The notes under the pieces: generated by a model | Databases searched by the model: none | What the model was told of the DNA's origin: nothing | Seen by the model: the letters and a program-made list of their open reading frames with translations, nothing else | In this document: in pieces, positions 55,475 through 64,000 of the stretch | Layout: each line of letters starts with the position of its first letter | Position numbering within the stretch: position 1 is the stretch's first letter | Assembly (NCBI GenBank): GCA_041674225.1 | Contig: JBAYWG010000001.1 | Location: forward strand, 169,401 to 233,400 | Direction of reading: 5' to 3' | DNA from: Minisyncoccota bacterium | GTDB lineage: Bacteria; Patescibacteriota; Minisyncoccia; Phycocordibacterales; JAACPR01 | Length of the DNA stretch: 64,000 nt | Program-made: the position numbers and the translations under genes

Positions 55475-57982
55475 CTAGCTTTTTAGAGTCCACCCATCAT
55501 TCAACATTTCTTCTGCTTTTTTCCATTTTACCTCTTTTTCTTCACCGTCTTTTTCAATTTTTACAATATCATTCCTACCAAATTTTGGAGATGTGCTTTG
55601 ATTATTTTCAGAAGTTTGATCTTGGTTAGAAATCATTTGAGCTTTTTTCATTGTCTCTTTCAATTTTTCTTCTTCTTTTTGAAAAGCTCCAGCTCCAATG
55701 TGAGGTAAAAGATTAATTATATTCTCATCAATACCAGCAAGCATTTCATTAAACACTCGCAAACCTTCTTTTTTATACTCAATTAAAGGGTCTCTTTGAC
55801 CATAGGCTCTCAGACCTACACTTGAACGCAAATAACTCATCAGTTCCAAATGATCTATCCAAAAATTATCAATAGATTGCAACATCAATCTTCTCAATGC
55901 AGCGATTAATTCTTCCTCATTTAAAATTGCCTTTTTTTCTTCAACAATTTTTGAAACTTTTTCATCCAAACTAGCAAGTCTTTTCAATTCTGACTCTATA
56001 TAAGGAACATCTCCCAGAAGTAGTTTTCTTCTTCTTTCATAAATAGACTTTCTTTGTGTATTTAAAACGTTATCGAATTCTAAAATATGTTTTCGTGAAT
56101 CAAAGTTAAAACCTTCAATTTTTGTTTGAGCAGATTCTAGAGATTTTGTGATAATTTTATTTTCAATAGGTTGATCTTCTGGCAGGCCTAGTTTACTCAT
56201 CAAAGTTTTTACACCTGAAGAAGCAAAAATTCTCATTAAGGAATCATCCAAAGAAACAAAGAATTGTGTCTCTCCTGGATCTCCCTGACGTCCAGAACGA
56301 CCTCGTAACTGATTATCGATTCTGCGAGCGTCGTGTCTTTCTGTACCAACTACAAATAATCCCCCCAAAGATTTTATCTCTTTATAAGCATCTTCTTCAT
56401 ATGGTGCACCTCCCAAAATAATATCTACTCCACGACCAGCCATGTTTGTGGCAATAGTCACAGAACCCTTTCGTCCAGCTTGTGCGATTATTTGACCTTC
56501 TTGTTCGTGATTTTTTGCATTCAAAACTTGATGAGGAATTCCTTCTGAAGCAAGAAAAGTTGAGAGTAGTTCGTTTGTTTCAATAGAAACAGTACCAATC
56601 AAAACCGGTTGACCTGTTGAGTGGATTTCTTTTACTTTTTTTGCAATCGCTTTAAACTTTCCTATTTGAGTTTGAAAAATTAAATCATCTCTATCCAAAC
56701 GAATAGTTGGCGAGTTTGGAGGAACTGTTACAACATCCAGATTGTAAACTTTCAAAAACTCCTCTCCGTTAGTTTTTGCTGTACCAGACATACCAGAAAG
56801 TTTTTCATACATTCTAAAATAATTTTGATATGTGATAGAAGCGTAAGTTCTAGACTCTTGTTGAATCTTTACACCCTCCTTCGCCTCGATAGCTTGATGA
56901 AGTCCTTCAGACCATCTTCGTCCTGGTTGCATTCTTCCAGTAAATTCATCCACAATAACAATTTCATTATCTTTCACCACATATTGTTTATCTTTTTTGA
57001 AAAGAGATTTAGCTCGAACAGCAGTTTCCAAATGATGCACATATTTAACACCTTTTTCTGTATAGATATTTTCAACTCCAAGTGCTTTCTCTGCTTTATC
57101 AATTCCAGAATCATTTATCGAAACGGCTTTTAATTTTTCATCAACTGTAAAATCCTCATCTTCTTTTAACTGTTCTGCAATCTGTGAAAAAATACCATAA
57201 AGGTCTTGTGAATCCGCCGCCGGAGCAGAAATAATAAGCGGAGTTCTGGCTTCATCAATAAGAATTGAATCTATTTCATCAATAATTGCGAAGTTATGGC
57301 CTCTTTGTCTTAAAGAATTTTCATTATATTCGATGTTGTCTCTCAAATAATCAAAACCAAATTCACTGTTTGTTCCATATGTAATGTCCGCGGCATAAGC
57401 TTCTTTTCTTGTAACTGGTCGCAAAAATTCGTGAACTATTTTAAATGAACCTTCCTCATCTCTTTCTTCATCCAAATTTTGATGTGCTGAGTCATAAATA
57501 AAAGAACCAGCTTGAGCAATCACACCCACACTCAATCCAAGGAAGTCATGAATTTGTCCCATCCAAACAGCATCTCTTTGTGAAAGATAATCGTTTACCG
57601 TCACAACATGAACTCCTTTTCCACTAAGTGCATTTAAATAAGAAGGCAGAGTCGCCATCAAAGTTTTTCCTTCACCAGTACGCATTTCTGCTAAGTTACC
57701 ATCATTCAAAATCATTCCTCCAATAAGTTGAACATCGAAGTGTCTTTTTTCTGAAACTCTTTTCGAAGCTTCGCGCACAACAGCAAAAGCTTCTGGCAAA
57801 ATATCATCTAAAGTTGAACCTGATTGCAATCTGTTTTTAAATTCTTCAGTTTTAGATCTTAATTCTGCGTCGCTTAGTTTTTGAAGGTTTTCTTCAAAAG
57901 AATTAATAAGAGGAACACGCGCTTCGTAGCGTTTTAGCATCTTTTCGTTTTCGTCTTTAAACAGACCCGATAAAAATCCCAT
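55475..57982 (-). CDS. secA: preprotein translocase ATPase SecA
   Basis: Walker A MRTGEGKTL, DEAD-like IIDEIDSILIDEARTPLIIS, 835 aa. Confidence 0.95.
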   Translation of the reverse strand: MGFLSGLFKDENEKMLKRYEARVPLINSFEENLQKLSDAELRSKTEEFKNRLQSGSTLDDILPEAFAVVREASKRVSEKRHFDVQLIGGMILNDGNLAEMRTGEGKTLMATLPSYLNALSGKGVHVVTVNDYLSQRDAVWMGQIHDFLGLSVGVIAQAGSFIYDSAHQNLDEERDEEGSFKIVHEFLRPVTRKEAYAADITYGTNSEFGFDYLRDNIEYNENSLRQRGHNFAIIDEIDSILIDEARTPLIISAPAADSQDLYGIFSQIAEQLKEDEDFTVDEKLKAVSINDSGIDKAEKALGVENIYTEKGVKYVHHLETAVRAKSLFKKDKQYVVKDNEIVIVDEFTGRMQPGRRWSEGLHQAIEAKEGVKIQQESRTYASITYQNYFRMYEKLSGMSGTAKTNGEEFLKVYNLDVVTVPPNSPTIRLDRDDLIFQTQIGKFKAIAKKVKEIHSTGQPVLIGTVSIETNELLSTFLASEGIPHQVLNAKNHEQEGQIIAQAGRKGSVTIATNMAGRGVDIILGGAPYEEDAYKEIKSLGGLFVVGTERHDARRIDNQLRGRSGRQGDPGETQFFVSLDDSLMRIFASSGVKTLMSKLGLPEDQPIENKIITKSLESAQTKIEGFNFDSRKHILEFDNVLNTQRKSIYERRRKLLLGDVPYIESELKRLASLDEKVSKIVEEKKAILNEEELIAALRRLMLQSIDNFWIDHLELMSYLRSSVGLRAYGQRDPLIEYKKEGLRVFNEMLAGIDENIINLLPHIGAGAFQKEEEKLKETMKKAQMISNQDQTSENNQSTSPKFGRNDIVKIEKDGEEKEVKWKKAEEMLNDGWTLKS

Positions 57983-58000
57983 AGGAGAGCATCATAACAT

Positions 58001-58034
58001 AAAACACCTGCCACGGCGACATGTCAGGTGTTTT
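58001..58034 (-). terminator. hairpin after the H1-like gene, upstream of secA
   Basis: AAAACACCTG-14 nt-CAGGTGTTTT. On the minus strand it is followed by TGT-TATGAT 8 nt before the secA ATG. Confidence 0.45.
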
Positions 58035-58059
58035 ATGTATTTGAGATTGAAAGAATCGA

Positions 58060-58215
58060 TTATCGTTTCTTTGTTGTCTTCTTTTTAGCAGCTGGTCGTT
58101 TTGTTGCTTTTTTAGCTGTCTTTTTTACTGTCTTCTTAACAGCTTTTTTTACAACTTTTTTAACAGCCTTTTTCTTTGGAGCTGCTTTTTTTGTTGCTTT
58201 TTTCTTTGTTGCCAT
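58060..58215 (-). CDS. histone-H1-like lysine/alanine-rich small protein (51 aa)
   Basis: Below the ORF-track cutoff. ATG 58215..58213 to TAA 58062..58060 gives MATKKKATKKAAPKKKAVKKVVKKAVKKTVKKTAKKATKRPAAKKKTTKKR. Confidence 0.6.
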   Translation of the reverse strand: MATKKKATKKAAPKKKAVKKVVKKAVKKTVKKTAKKATKRPAAKKKTTKKR

Positions 58216-58469
58216 TTGTCTTGATTAATTATTGTATTTAAATAATACTCGACCTCTATGTATTAATTATCGGACACATGAAAACTACTTACAATATTTT
58301 TTTTACAAAATGTGTGGATAAACTTTTTTAAAAAAATAAAAAAATATTTTTTTATTTTTGTTTTTTAAATTAAAAAACTTTTTTATTTTTGTTTTTGTGA
58401 AAATTTTATTTTTATTTCGAAGAAAATTTAATTTTATTTTTTTAAAAAAACTACGGTAAAATTAAGTAG

Positions 58470-58597
58470 ATAAAATAAAAAACTCTCAGCAAGCTGAGAG
58501 TTTTTTATTTCACAATCCGAAACGGCCGGCAGGTACGAGCTCCAAAATGAATATCTAATGTGAGTGTAGCTGTCGGCCATTTCGAATAACGAATCTA
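58470..58597 (-). ncRNA. candidate small structured RNA (unknown family)
   Basis: Minus strand reads TTGTGG (58631-58626), a 16-nt spacer, then TATAAT (58609-58604). Downstream is a 17-bp stem with one mismatch (58516-58532 pairing with 58570-58586) enclosing ~37 nt, followed by the 58477-58506 terminator. Confidence 0.3.
58477..58506. terminator. bidirectional terminator hairpin
   Basis: AAAAAACTCTCAG-CAAG-CTGAGAGTTTTTT. Confidence 0.65.
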
Positions 58598-58680
58598 GGA
58601 CAAATTATAGCGGATAGAAATAAATCCACAACAGCCAATTTAGTGTTTATTTAAAAAATATTTATTCAAATTTTAAAATG

Positions 58681-58706
58681 AAAAGACCCACTTTCGTGGG
58701 TCTTTT
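58681..58706. terminator. terminator after the O-antigen-ligase-like gene
   Basis: AAAAGACCCAC-TTTC-GTGGGTCTTTT. Confidence 0.65.
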
Positions 58707-58786
58707 CACAGATATTCATTTTTGGCGCTGCGTACTGCAACACTCACAATTACTAATATAGCATATAAATCAGATAATGCAATAGC

Positions 58787-60922
58787 TTAAAATACTTCTT
58801 CGCCTGCTTTTATTTTTTCGATGATTAATTCAGATTGAGTTTTTGATTGTGGAAATTTCAAAATAATATCATTTAAAATTTCAATGGCTCTTTCAGGATT
58901 ACCCGCTCGATAATGCGCTACTGCCAAAGATGCGTGTGCTTGTGCGCTCTCCGGGTTTCTTTCCAAATTATATTCTGATAGATAAATCACACGATCCCCT
59001 CTTCCTGTTGCAAAAGCTTCTTCAATCAAAGAATTGTATAAAGCTTCATCACCACTTCTAATAGCAGATCTAACATAAGTTCCCCATACCAAAGTATTGT
59101 CTGTATTGATCTCGTAAACTCTTTTTATCAATTCAAGTGCTTCGGTATTTTTACCTTGTTGAAATAATATTTCTACAACAGGTTGATACATAAATTGTTT
59201 CTGTGGAGATATGTTTATAGCAGAATCAAAAAACTTTAAGGAAGTTTCTAGATTACCTGTCTGTGCTAAAAATTGTCCGGCAATCAACATTGTCCTAGAA
59301 TCTGTAGGATTTTCATTAATATATTTTTGTATTTCTACCGCAGACAAGTCCACAAAAGACTGCTTCACCTCCATACTTACGTTATCTGTTCTAATTATCC
59401 GACTTGTGAAATCAATCAACTGCATCAAAACTTCTTGATTACCATAAGTATTACGAGCTAAAGATTTTTCAAATAAATCTCTGCTGACACTAACTTCTTC
59501 CACAGTAGCAGGACGAATAGCTTTCATCATTTCTGTATTTTGGAAATATCCATTTGAATTTATTGCCCAAGCTACAAATGGTGTTGATATTAAAACCAAA
59601 CTCGCAATCGCAATCGTAACATTTCGAGGAAAACTAATTTTTTCTAGAGACGGAATTGGTTTTGCAACTTGTGAATGTATGAAAGCAAATATAAAGAATA
59701 AAATTAAATAACTTGTAAGACTGTCGAATACAAACATCACATGCACAAAATATGCAGCAAACAATGCAGTGAAAGAAGCTTTCGTTGCATTAGAAAAATT
59801 ACTTGAAGACTTCCATAAATAATAAAGAGTTGAACCAATTATAGACAAGTAAGAAAGTAGTCCTAAAAATCCAGCAGCAATTAACCAATCAAAGAATAAA
59901 TTGTGAACACGATCAAACCATTGTTCTTGATTCCACATTCGAGAATCGTAATTATTATCAAAAATAATTCCGTAATTTCCCTGACCATATCCCAAAAGAG
60001 GTTTTTCTTTTATTGCACTCCAAGATATTCCCCAGTTGATAACTCTAGCAAGAACTGTACCACTATCTAAAGAAATTTCTGAAAGTCTTTGTAAAGGAAC
60101 AGTTTGTTGAACGAGATTAGATTCTTTAAAACCAAAAACTAAACTTACAAAAAGAACAATCGCAATCAACGCCCCGCCAACACTCCATCTAAGAAACTTT
60201 TTCTTTGGTTCTAAAATAGCTAGAATTAAAATGGCTAGAAACAATCCCCCAATCACCGCAATAAAAGTACCTCTAGTAGCTGTAAAAAAAACTGTAACTA
60301 CTTGCAATACAATCGCTGATATATAGAAGTATTTTGCCTTTGCATAAGAGCTTCCCTTTGTTAATAGATAGAAGGCCACAAATACACCAAACATCATGTA
60401 TGCCGCAAGATAAGTTGCGTTTCCAAAAGTTCCATCGATACGATCAGCAGAAAGACCGACTTTTAAAACTCCAGTAATTTGCAAGATAGAGTAAAAAGAT
60501 TGAACAACAGTTATTCCAACAAAAGAATTCAAGAAAATATCCCAAATCTTTTTTGTGTTAAACACAGAAGATATTACCAAGAAGTATCCAAACAAGTGTG
60601 CAAGTGTCACATAACCTTCCATTCTTTCGTAATTACTCCAAAAACTGTAATCCGGATTTGTTCCCTGCAGATTAGCAATTAAAACAATCACCATGAAAGA
60701 AATCGAGCTCCATAGTATGCAAGATTTCTTAGGACGAGCAGATGGATCAAAAAGAGTCAGAGCAATCCAAACGATAAACATTACTTCTGTTAAGATTCTA
60801 AATGTAAAAGCTTTACCTGTAATAAATGGGAAATATAAACTAGAATCTACGATAAAAGGGATTAGTAATGTTGCAAAAATACCGACTATTAAAATTCTTC
60901 TCAAAATTGTTTGAATTGTCAT
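58787..60922 (-). CDS. O-antigen-ligase/oligosaccharyltransferase-like polytopic membrane protein with a C-terminal TPR domain
   Basis: About 12 TM helices with a Wzy_C-like loop (TRGTFIAVIGG; NLFFDWLIAAGFLG). The C-terminal ~250 aa look like TPR repeats. Confidence 0.55.
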   Translation of the reverse strand: MTIQTILRRILIVGIFATLLIPFIVDSSLYFPFITGKAFTFRILTEVMFIVWIALTLFDPSARPKKSCILWSSISFMVIVLIANLQGTNPDYSFWSNYERMEGYVTLAHLFGYFLVISSVFNTKKIWDIFLNSFVGITVVQSFYSILQITGVLKVGLSADRIDGTFGNATYLAAYMMFGVFVAFYLLTKGSSYAKAKYFYISAIVLQVVTVFFTATRGTFIAVIGGLFLAILILAILEPKKKFLRWSVGGALIAIVLFVSLVFGFKESNLVQQTVPLQRLSEISLDSGTVLARVINWGISWSAIKEKPLLGYGQGNYGIIFDNNYDSRMWNQEQWFDRVHNLFFDWLIAAGFLGLLSYLSIIGSTLYYLWKSSSNFSNATKASFTALFAAYFVHVMFVFDSLTSYLILFFIFAFIHSQVAKPIPSLEKISFPRNVTIAIASLVLISTPFVAWAINSNGYFQNTEMMKAIRPATVEEVSVSRDLFEKSLARNTYGNQEVLMQLIDFTSRIIRTDNVSMEVKQSFVDLSAVEIQKYINENPTDSRTMLIAGQFLAQTGNLETSLKFFDSAINISPQKQFMYQPVVEILFQQGKNTEALELIKRVYEINTDNTLVWGTYVRSAIRSGDEALYNSLIEEAFATGRGDRVIYLSEYNLERNPESAQAHASLAVAHYRAGNPERAIEILNDIILKFPQSKTQSELIIEKIKAGEEVF

Positions 60923-60968
60923 ATGGAAAAGACTATATCAAAAAACTAGGCATAAAAATAGCAAAGAC

Positions 60969-62018
60969 CTAACGTGAGTTAATATACTCCATCTTTTTTT
61001 TGAAAAAATCTGCTTCAATCAAATCAAAATCAACCATCATCTTTACAAGCTCATCGATTCCTACTTTTGGTTTCCACCCCAACACTTTTTGAGCCTTAGA
61101 TGAATCCCCACACAAGTCACTTGTCTCTACCGGTCTATATAGATTTTTATCTACCTTAATTATTATGTTTCCCTCTGAATCTTTTCCGATTTCATCTACA
61201 CCTTCGCCTTCCCATGTGATAGGCATATCTAAATAATCAGCTACCTTATTTACAAACTCTCTCACAGAATACATTTCTCCAGTAGCAATAACATAATCAT
61301 CAGGAACTTCCTGTTGAAGCATAGTCCACATAAGATTCACATAATCTCCAGCAAATCCCCAATCTCTTTTTGCATCAAGATTTCCAAGTTCTAAATGTTT
61401 TTGTAGTCCTAATTTTATTTTTGATAAACCAAAAGTAATTTTTCTAGTCACAAAAAGCTTACCTCTTTTCGGCGACTCATGATTGAACAAAATTCCAGAA
61501 CAAATGAAAACATTGTTTTCTTTTCTATATTTCAAAACTACAGACTGATGAGCCTTCAACTTAGCCTCCGCATAAGGACTAACGGGATCAAATTTTGTAT
61601 TCTCATTTTGAGGAGGTTGAGACGCACCAAACATTTCACTTGTTGAAGCTTGATAAATTTTTACATTAGGATTTTTTAAAACAGCATGTCTCACTAATCT
61701 TTCCAAACCATTGTAATTTACATCCCAAGTCTCTTCTGGACACACAAAGGAAGTGTCGACATGTGACTGCGCAGCTAGATTATAAATTTCATCAGGAACG
61801 AAATTTTGAAATAATCTCTCTATTGTTCCTTCGTCTCTCAAATTACCGTACACTAGCTTAATTTTGCTCGATATATTTGGATCATCAAAATTACTAAAAG
61901 GATCAGAGCTTTTTCTTCTTAAGAAACCACATATCTCGTAACCTTTATCTAATAAAAATTCAACCAAATAAGATCCATCTTGTCCGGTGAAACCTGTTAC
62001 TAAAGCTTTTTTTGACAT
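60969..62018 (-). CDS. gmd: GDP-mannose 4,6-dehydratase
   Basis: KALVTGFTGQDGSYLVEFLLDKGYEI, the catalytic SPYAEAKL, and NHESPKRG. Confidence 0.9.
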   Translation of the reverse strand: MSKKALVTGFTGQDGSYLVEFLLDKGYEICGFLRRKSSDPFSNFDDPNISSKIKLVYGNLRDEGTIERLFQNFVPDEIYNLAAQSHVDTSFVCPEETWDVNYNGLERLVRHAVLKNPNVKIYQASTSEMFGASQPPQNENTKFDPVSPYAEAKLKAHQSVVLKYRKENNVFICSGILFNHESPKRGKLFVTRKITFGLSKIKLGLQKHLELGNLDAKRDWGFAGDYVNLMWTMLQQEVPDDYVIATGEMYSVREFVNKVADYLDMPITWEGEGVDEIGKDSEGNIIIKVDKNLYRPVETSDLCGDSSKAQKVLGWKPKVGIDELVKMMVDFDLIEADFFKKKMEYINSR

Positions 62019-62090
62019 AATTAATTAATGTAATACTTAAAATATAATCTCACCATTCATGATAATTAGAGGCAATCTTAGCACAATCAT

Positions 62091-63932
62091 TTAAGACTTT
62101 ACATCCAGTATTTCTTTCAGTTCATCTGATGAAATTTCGTTTGATTTTGCTTGAGGAGTTGAGGCTAGAGCTTGGGCTTGAGTTTCATTTTTAGCCTTAT
62201 TTTCAGGCATATTTGCGAGCACAGCAGCCAAAGCATTTTTTAAGCTATTTTTGTTTTCACTACTAATCTGTTTTGGATCTTGAAATACTCTTTTTTTACT
62301 TTCCAAAGACTTCAAAGATAGAGATTCTTCCTCCAAAGAAATTTCCGGCTCTGGTGGCAATTCTTCCATTTGTTTTTTCATCATTTGTCTGTGTGCAGAT
62401 TCTTCCAGTTCTCGACGAGTTTTTTCATCAATCATTGGGCGAGGTGAAGTAGGTTGAGGACGAGGTTGTGATTGTTGCTGTGGTTGTGAAGAATTATTAT
62501 TTTGAGGATAATTTTTCGGAGCAGATTGATTTTGAGGTTTGTTTTCGCGAGGCTTGTTGTCGTAATTACTTTTTGGTTTATCAAAACTGTTCTTTTTATT
62601 GAAATCAGGTTTTTTATCTTCAGTTTTCTTAGGTGCATCACGACCTTCTTCCAAAAGTTCTTTTACTCTAGCTTCCACAGAGTCTCGAGGTTGAGCATAT
62701 TGTTTTCTAGACGCCTCAATAATCTCTTTTACATAATTAGTGTCTTCTTTTGCAATTGGAGGAAGAGTTCTAGCAGAAAAAGGTTGAGAACCAATTCCAT
62801 CAATCATCAATCTCAAATATGTTTGAGTAAAACCAAGGTTCACAATATCCTGTGCCAAGAAAACTGGAGCGAATTCTTTTTCCAAATATTCGGCGTCAGT
62901 CGCACCTACACGGAAAGTAATAAAAGTACCAACGTTTCCGAAAACGGCAGCACGAACCTCTTCTGGCATCTGTTCAATGTATTGGTGAGCAATCGTTAAG
63001 TTCAATTTATATTTTCGAGCTTCAGACAAAATGTCCGCAAAGGATTCATTGGCAAAAGATTGAAACTCATCCACAAATAAATAAAAGTTCGGAAGCTTTT
63101 TTAAATCTTCTTCGTTTGTATCAGCGCGACTCATCGCAGCAAGATAAATTTTTGTCACAATCATACTTCCCAAAAGCTGTGCGTTAATTTCACCTATTCG
63201 CCCTTTAGATAAGTTGATGATTACGATTTTTCTTTGATCCATCAATTCACGAATATCGAAACTCGAATTTGGTTGACCAACAATATTTCTAATCAAAGGA
63301 TTCGATGTAAACTGACCAATTTTGTTTTGAATCGCAGGAGTAGCTTCGGCAGCAAATCTTTCTGTATATTTTGCAAACTCATCCACCCAAAAAGATTTAA
63401 CAGACGCATCGGTAATATTGTCCACCACTTTCTGACGGAAATTTTTATCTGACAACATTTTGTTTACAGAAAGCAAAGTAGAATCTGGATATTCCAAAAG
63501 CGCCAAAAGCGTATTCGAAAGAATGTATTCCATTCTCGCAGACCAAGCATCTTGCCAAATCTTTTTGAAAGTAGACATCAAACCAGAAACAACAAGGTGC
63601 CGCTTATCGTATCCCACATCTTCCATTACGTTAAAAGAAATTGGGAAATCAGTATCAAAAGGAGCGAAATAAACCACATCATTGATTCTTTCTTTTGGAA
63701 TATATTCTAAAAGTAGGTCTGCAGTCTTTCCGTGAGGGTCCATAAAACAAACCCCATTTCCGTTTCTCAAATCCTGCACGGCAAGATTTTCTAGCAGAGT
63801 AGATTTACCCATACCAGTTTTCCCAATCACATACATGTGACGTGAACGATCTTTTGCTTTTATACCAAACGGAATGCGTTTATTTCTCGCATCTGTTTCT
63901 GCAAAATATGTAATTTGCTCAGGGTTCTCCAT
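62091..63932 (-). CDS. FtsK/HerA-superfamily ATPase, TraD/VirD4 coupling-protein-like, with a Q/P-rich tail
   Basis: Walker A VIGKTGMGKST and Walker B FYLFVDEFQSF. The C-terminal ~190 aa are low complexity (NNNSSQPQQQSQPRPQPTSP). Confidence 0.65.
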   Translation of the reverse strand: MENPEQITYFAETDARNKRIPFGIKAKDRSRHMYVIGKTGMGKSTLLENLAVQDLRNGNGVCFMDPHGKTADLLLEYIPKERINDVVYFAPFDTDFPISFNVMEDVGYDKRHLVVSGLMSTFKKIWQDAWSARMEYILSNTLLALLEYPDSTLLSVNKMLSDKNFRQKVVDNITDASVKSFWVDEFAKYTERFAAEATPAIQNKIGQFTSNPLIRNIVGQPNSSFDIRELMDQRKIVIINLSKGRIGEINAQLLGSMIVTKIYLAAMSRADTNEEDLKKLPNFYLFVDEFQSFANESFADILSEARKYKLNLTIAHQYIEQMPEEVRAAVFGNVGTFITFRVGATDAEYLEKEFAPVFLAQDIVNLGFTQTYLRLMIDGIGSQPFSARTLPPIAKEDTNYVKEIIEASRKQYAQPRDSVEARVKELLEEGRDAPKKTEDKKPDFNKKNSFDKPKSNYDNKPRENKPQNQSAPKNYPQNNNSSQPQQQSQPRPQPTSPRPMIDEKTRRELEESAHRQMMKKQMEELPPEPEISLEEESLSLKSLESKKRVFQDPKQISSENKNSLKNALAAVLANMPENKAKNETQAQALASTPQAKSNEISSDELKEILDVKS

Positions 63933-64000
63933 TACTCTTTATTGTATCAAACAACTTTAAAATATTGGAGTTGAAAACTTTTACAAAATAAAAAACCGAT

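Noticed and set aside
58470-58600. A 45-codon ORF (MADSYTHIRYSFWSSYLPAVSDCEIKNSQLAESF...) within the candidate sRNA, and identity of this RNA as SRP or 6S RNA.
   Set aside because: The ORF has no RBS and reads straight through the terminator hairpin. The RNA has no GGAA/GNRA apical loop or AGCA-type SRP domain IV motifs, and it is too short and not bubble-shaped for 6S.
58230-58790. Possible oriC: a perfect DnaA box TGTGGATAA (58313-58321) next to ~150 bp of almost pure A/T, plus relaxed boxes (AAATCCACA at 58623-58631).
   Set aside because: There is only one perfect box. There is no dnaA or dnaN nearby. Gene orientation does not switch here, since both flanks are on the minus strand. The AT tract is better explained as promoter-upstream or curved DNA. 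A GC-skew analysis of the full contig would settle it.

Overview
This 64-kb window is a low-GC bacterial chromosome segment. Hand counts give about 20-35% GC in housekeeping genes. Genes are tightly packed and mostly on the minus strand. The core content is secA, ligA, gatC-gatA, pyrG, ftsE-ftsX, prfB, ddl, five tRNAs and a type IV pilin/prepilin-peptidase block. There are also many secreted or membrane hypotheticals and very few Shine-Dalgarno sequences. By inference this resembles small-genome Patescibacteria/CPR-like organisms. The genetic code is standard: UGA is used as a stop and RF2 is present. Accessory content includes a crtE-crtB-crtI carotenoid cluster with a UbiA prenyltransferase, an umuD'-like/umuC pair, a GH3 glycosidase, and an ECF sigma/anti-sigma pair next to an acidic surface protein. 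It also includes a giant Cys-rich surface protein operon and three small gene cassettes separated by a repeated terminator-promoter module next to tRNA genes. The most interesting region is a compositionally distinct segment at 16.1-22.5 kb (about 40-50% GC), lying between ddl and tRNA-Gln. It encodes a ubiquitin-like beta-grasp protein with a histone-H1-like lysine tail, a minimal ThiF-type E1, and a JAB/MPN peptidase with an intact JAMM motif. A separately transcribed 543-aa protein in the same segment has an internally duplicated E2/UBC-like module: one copy carries an HPH...Cys motif and the other has no Cys. An FMO-like flavoprotein and a CcdA-like membrane protein flank these genes. A vWA plus kinase-like gene pair sits at the left edge, with the vWA gene truncated by the window. 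No CRISPR array, integrase or transposase was seen. Coordinates for features outside the ORF track were derived by hand and may be off by 1-2 nt.
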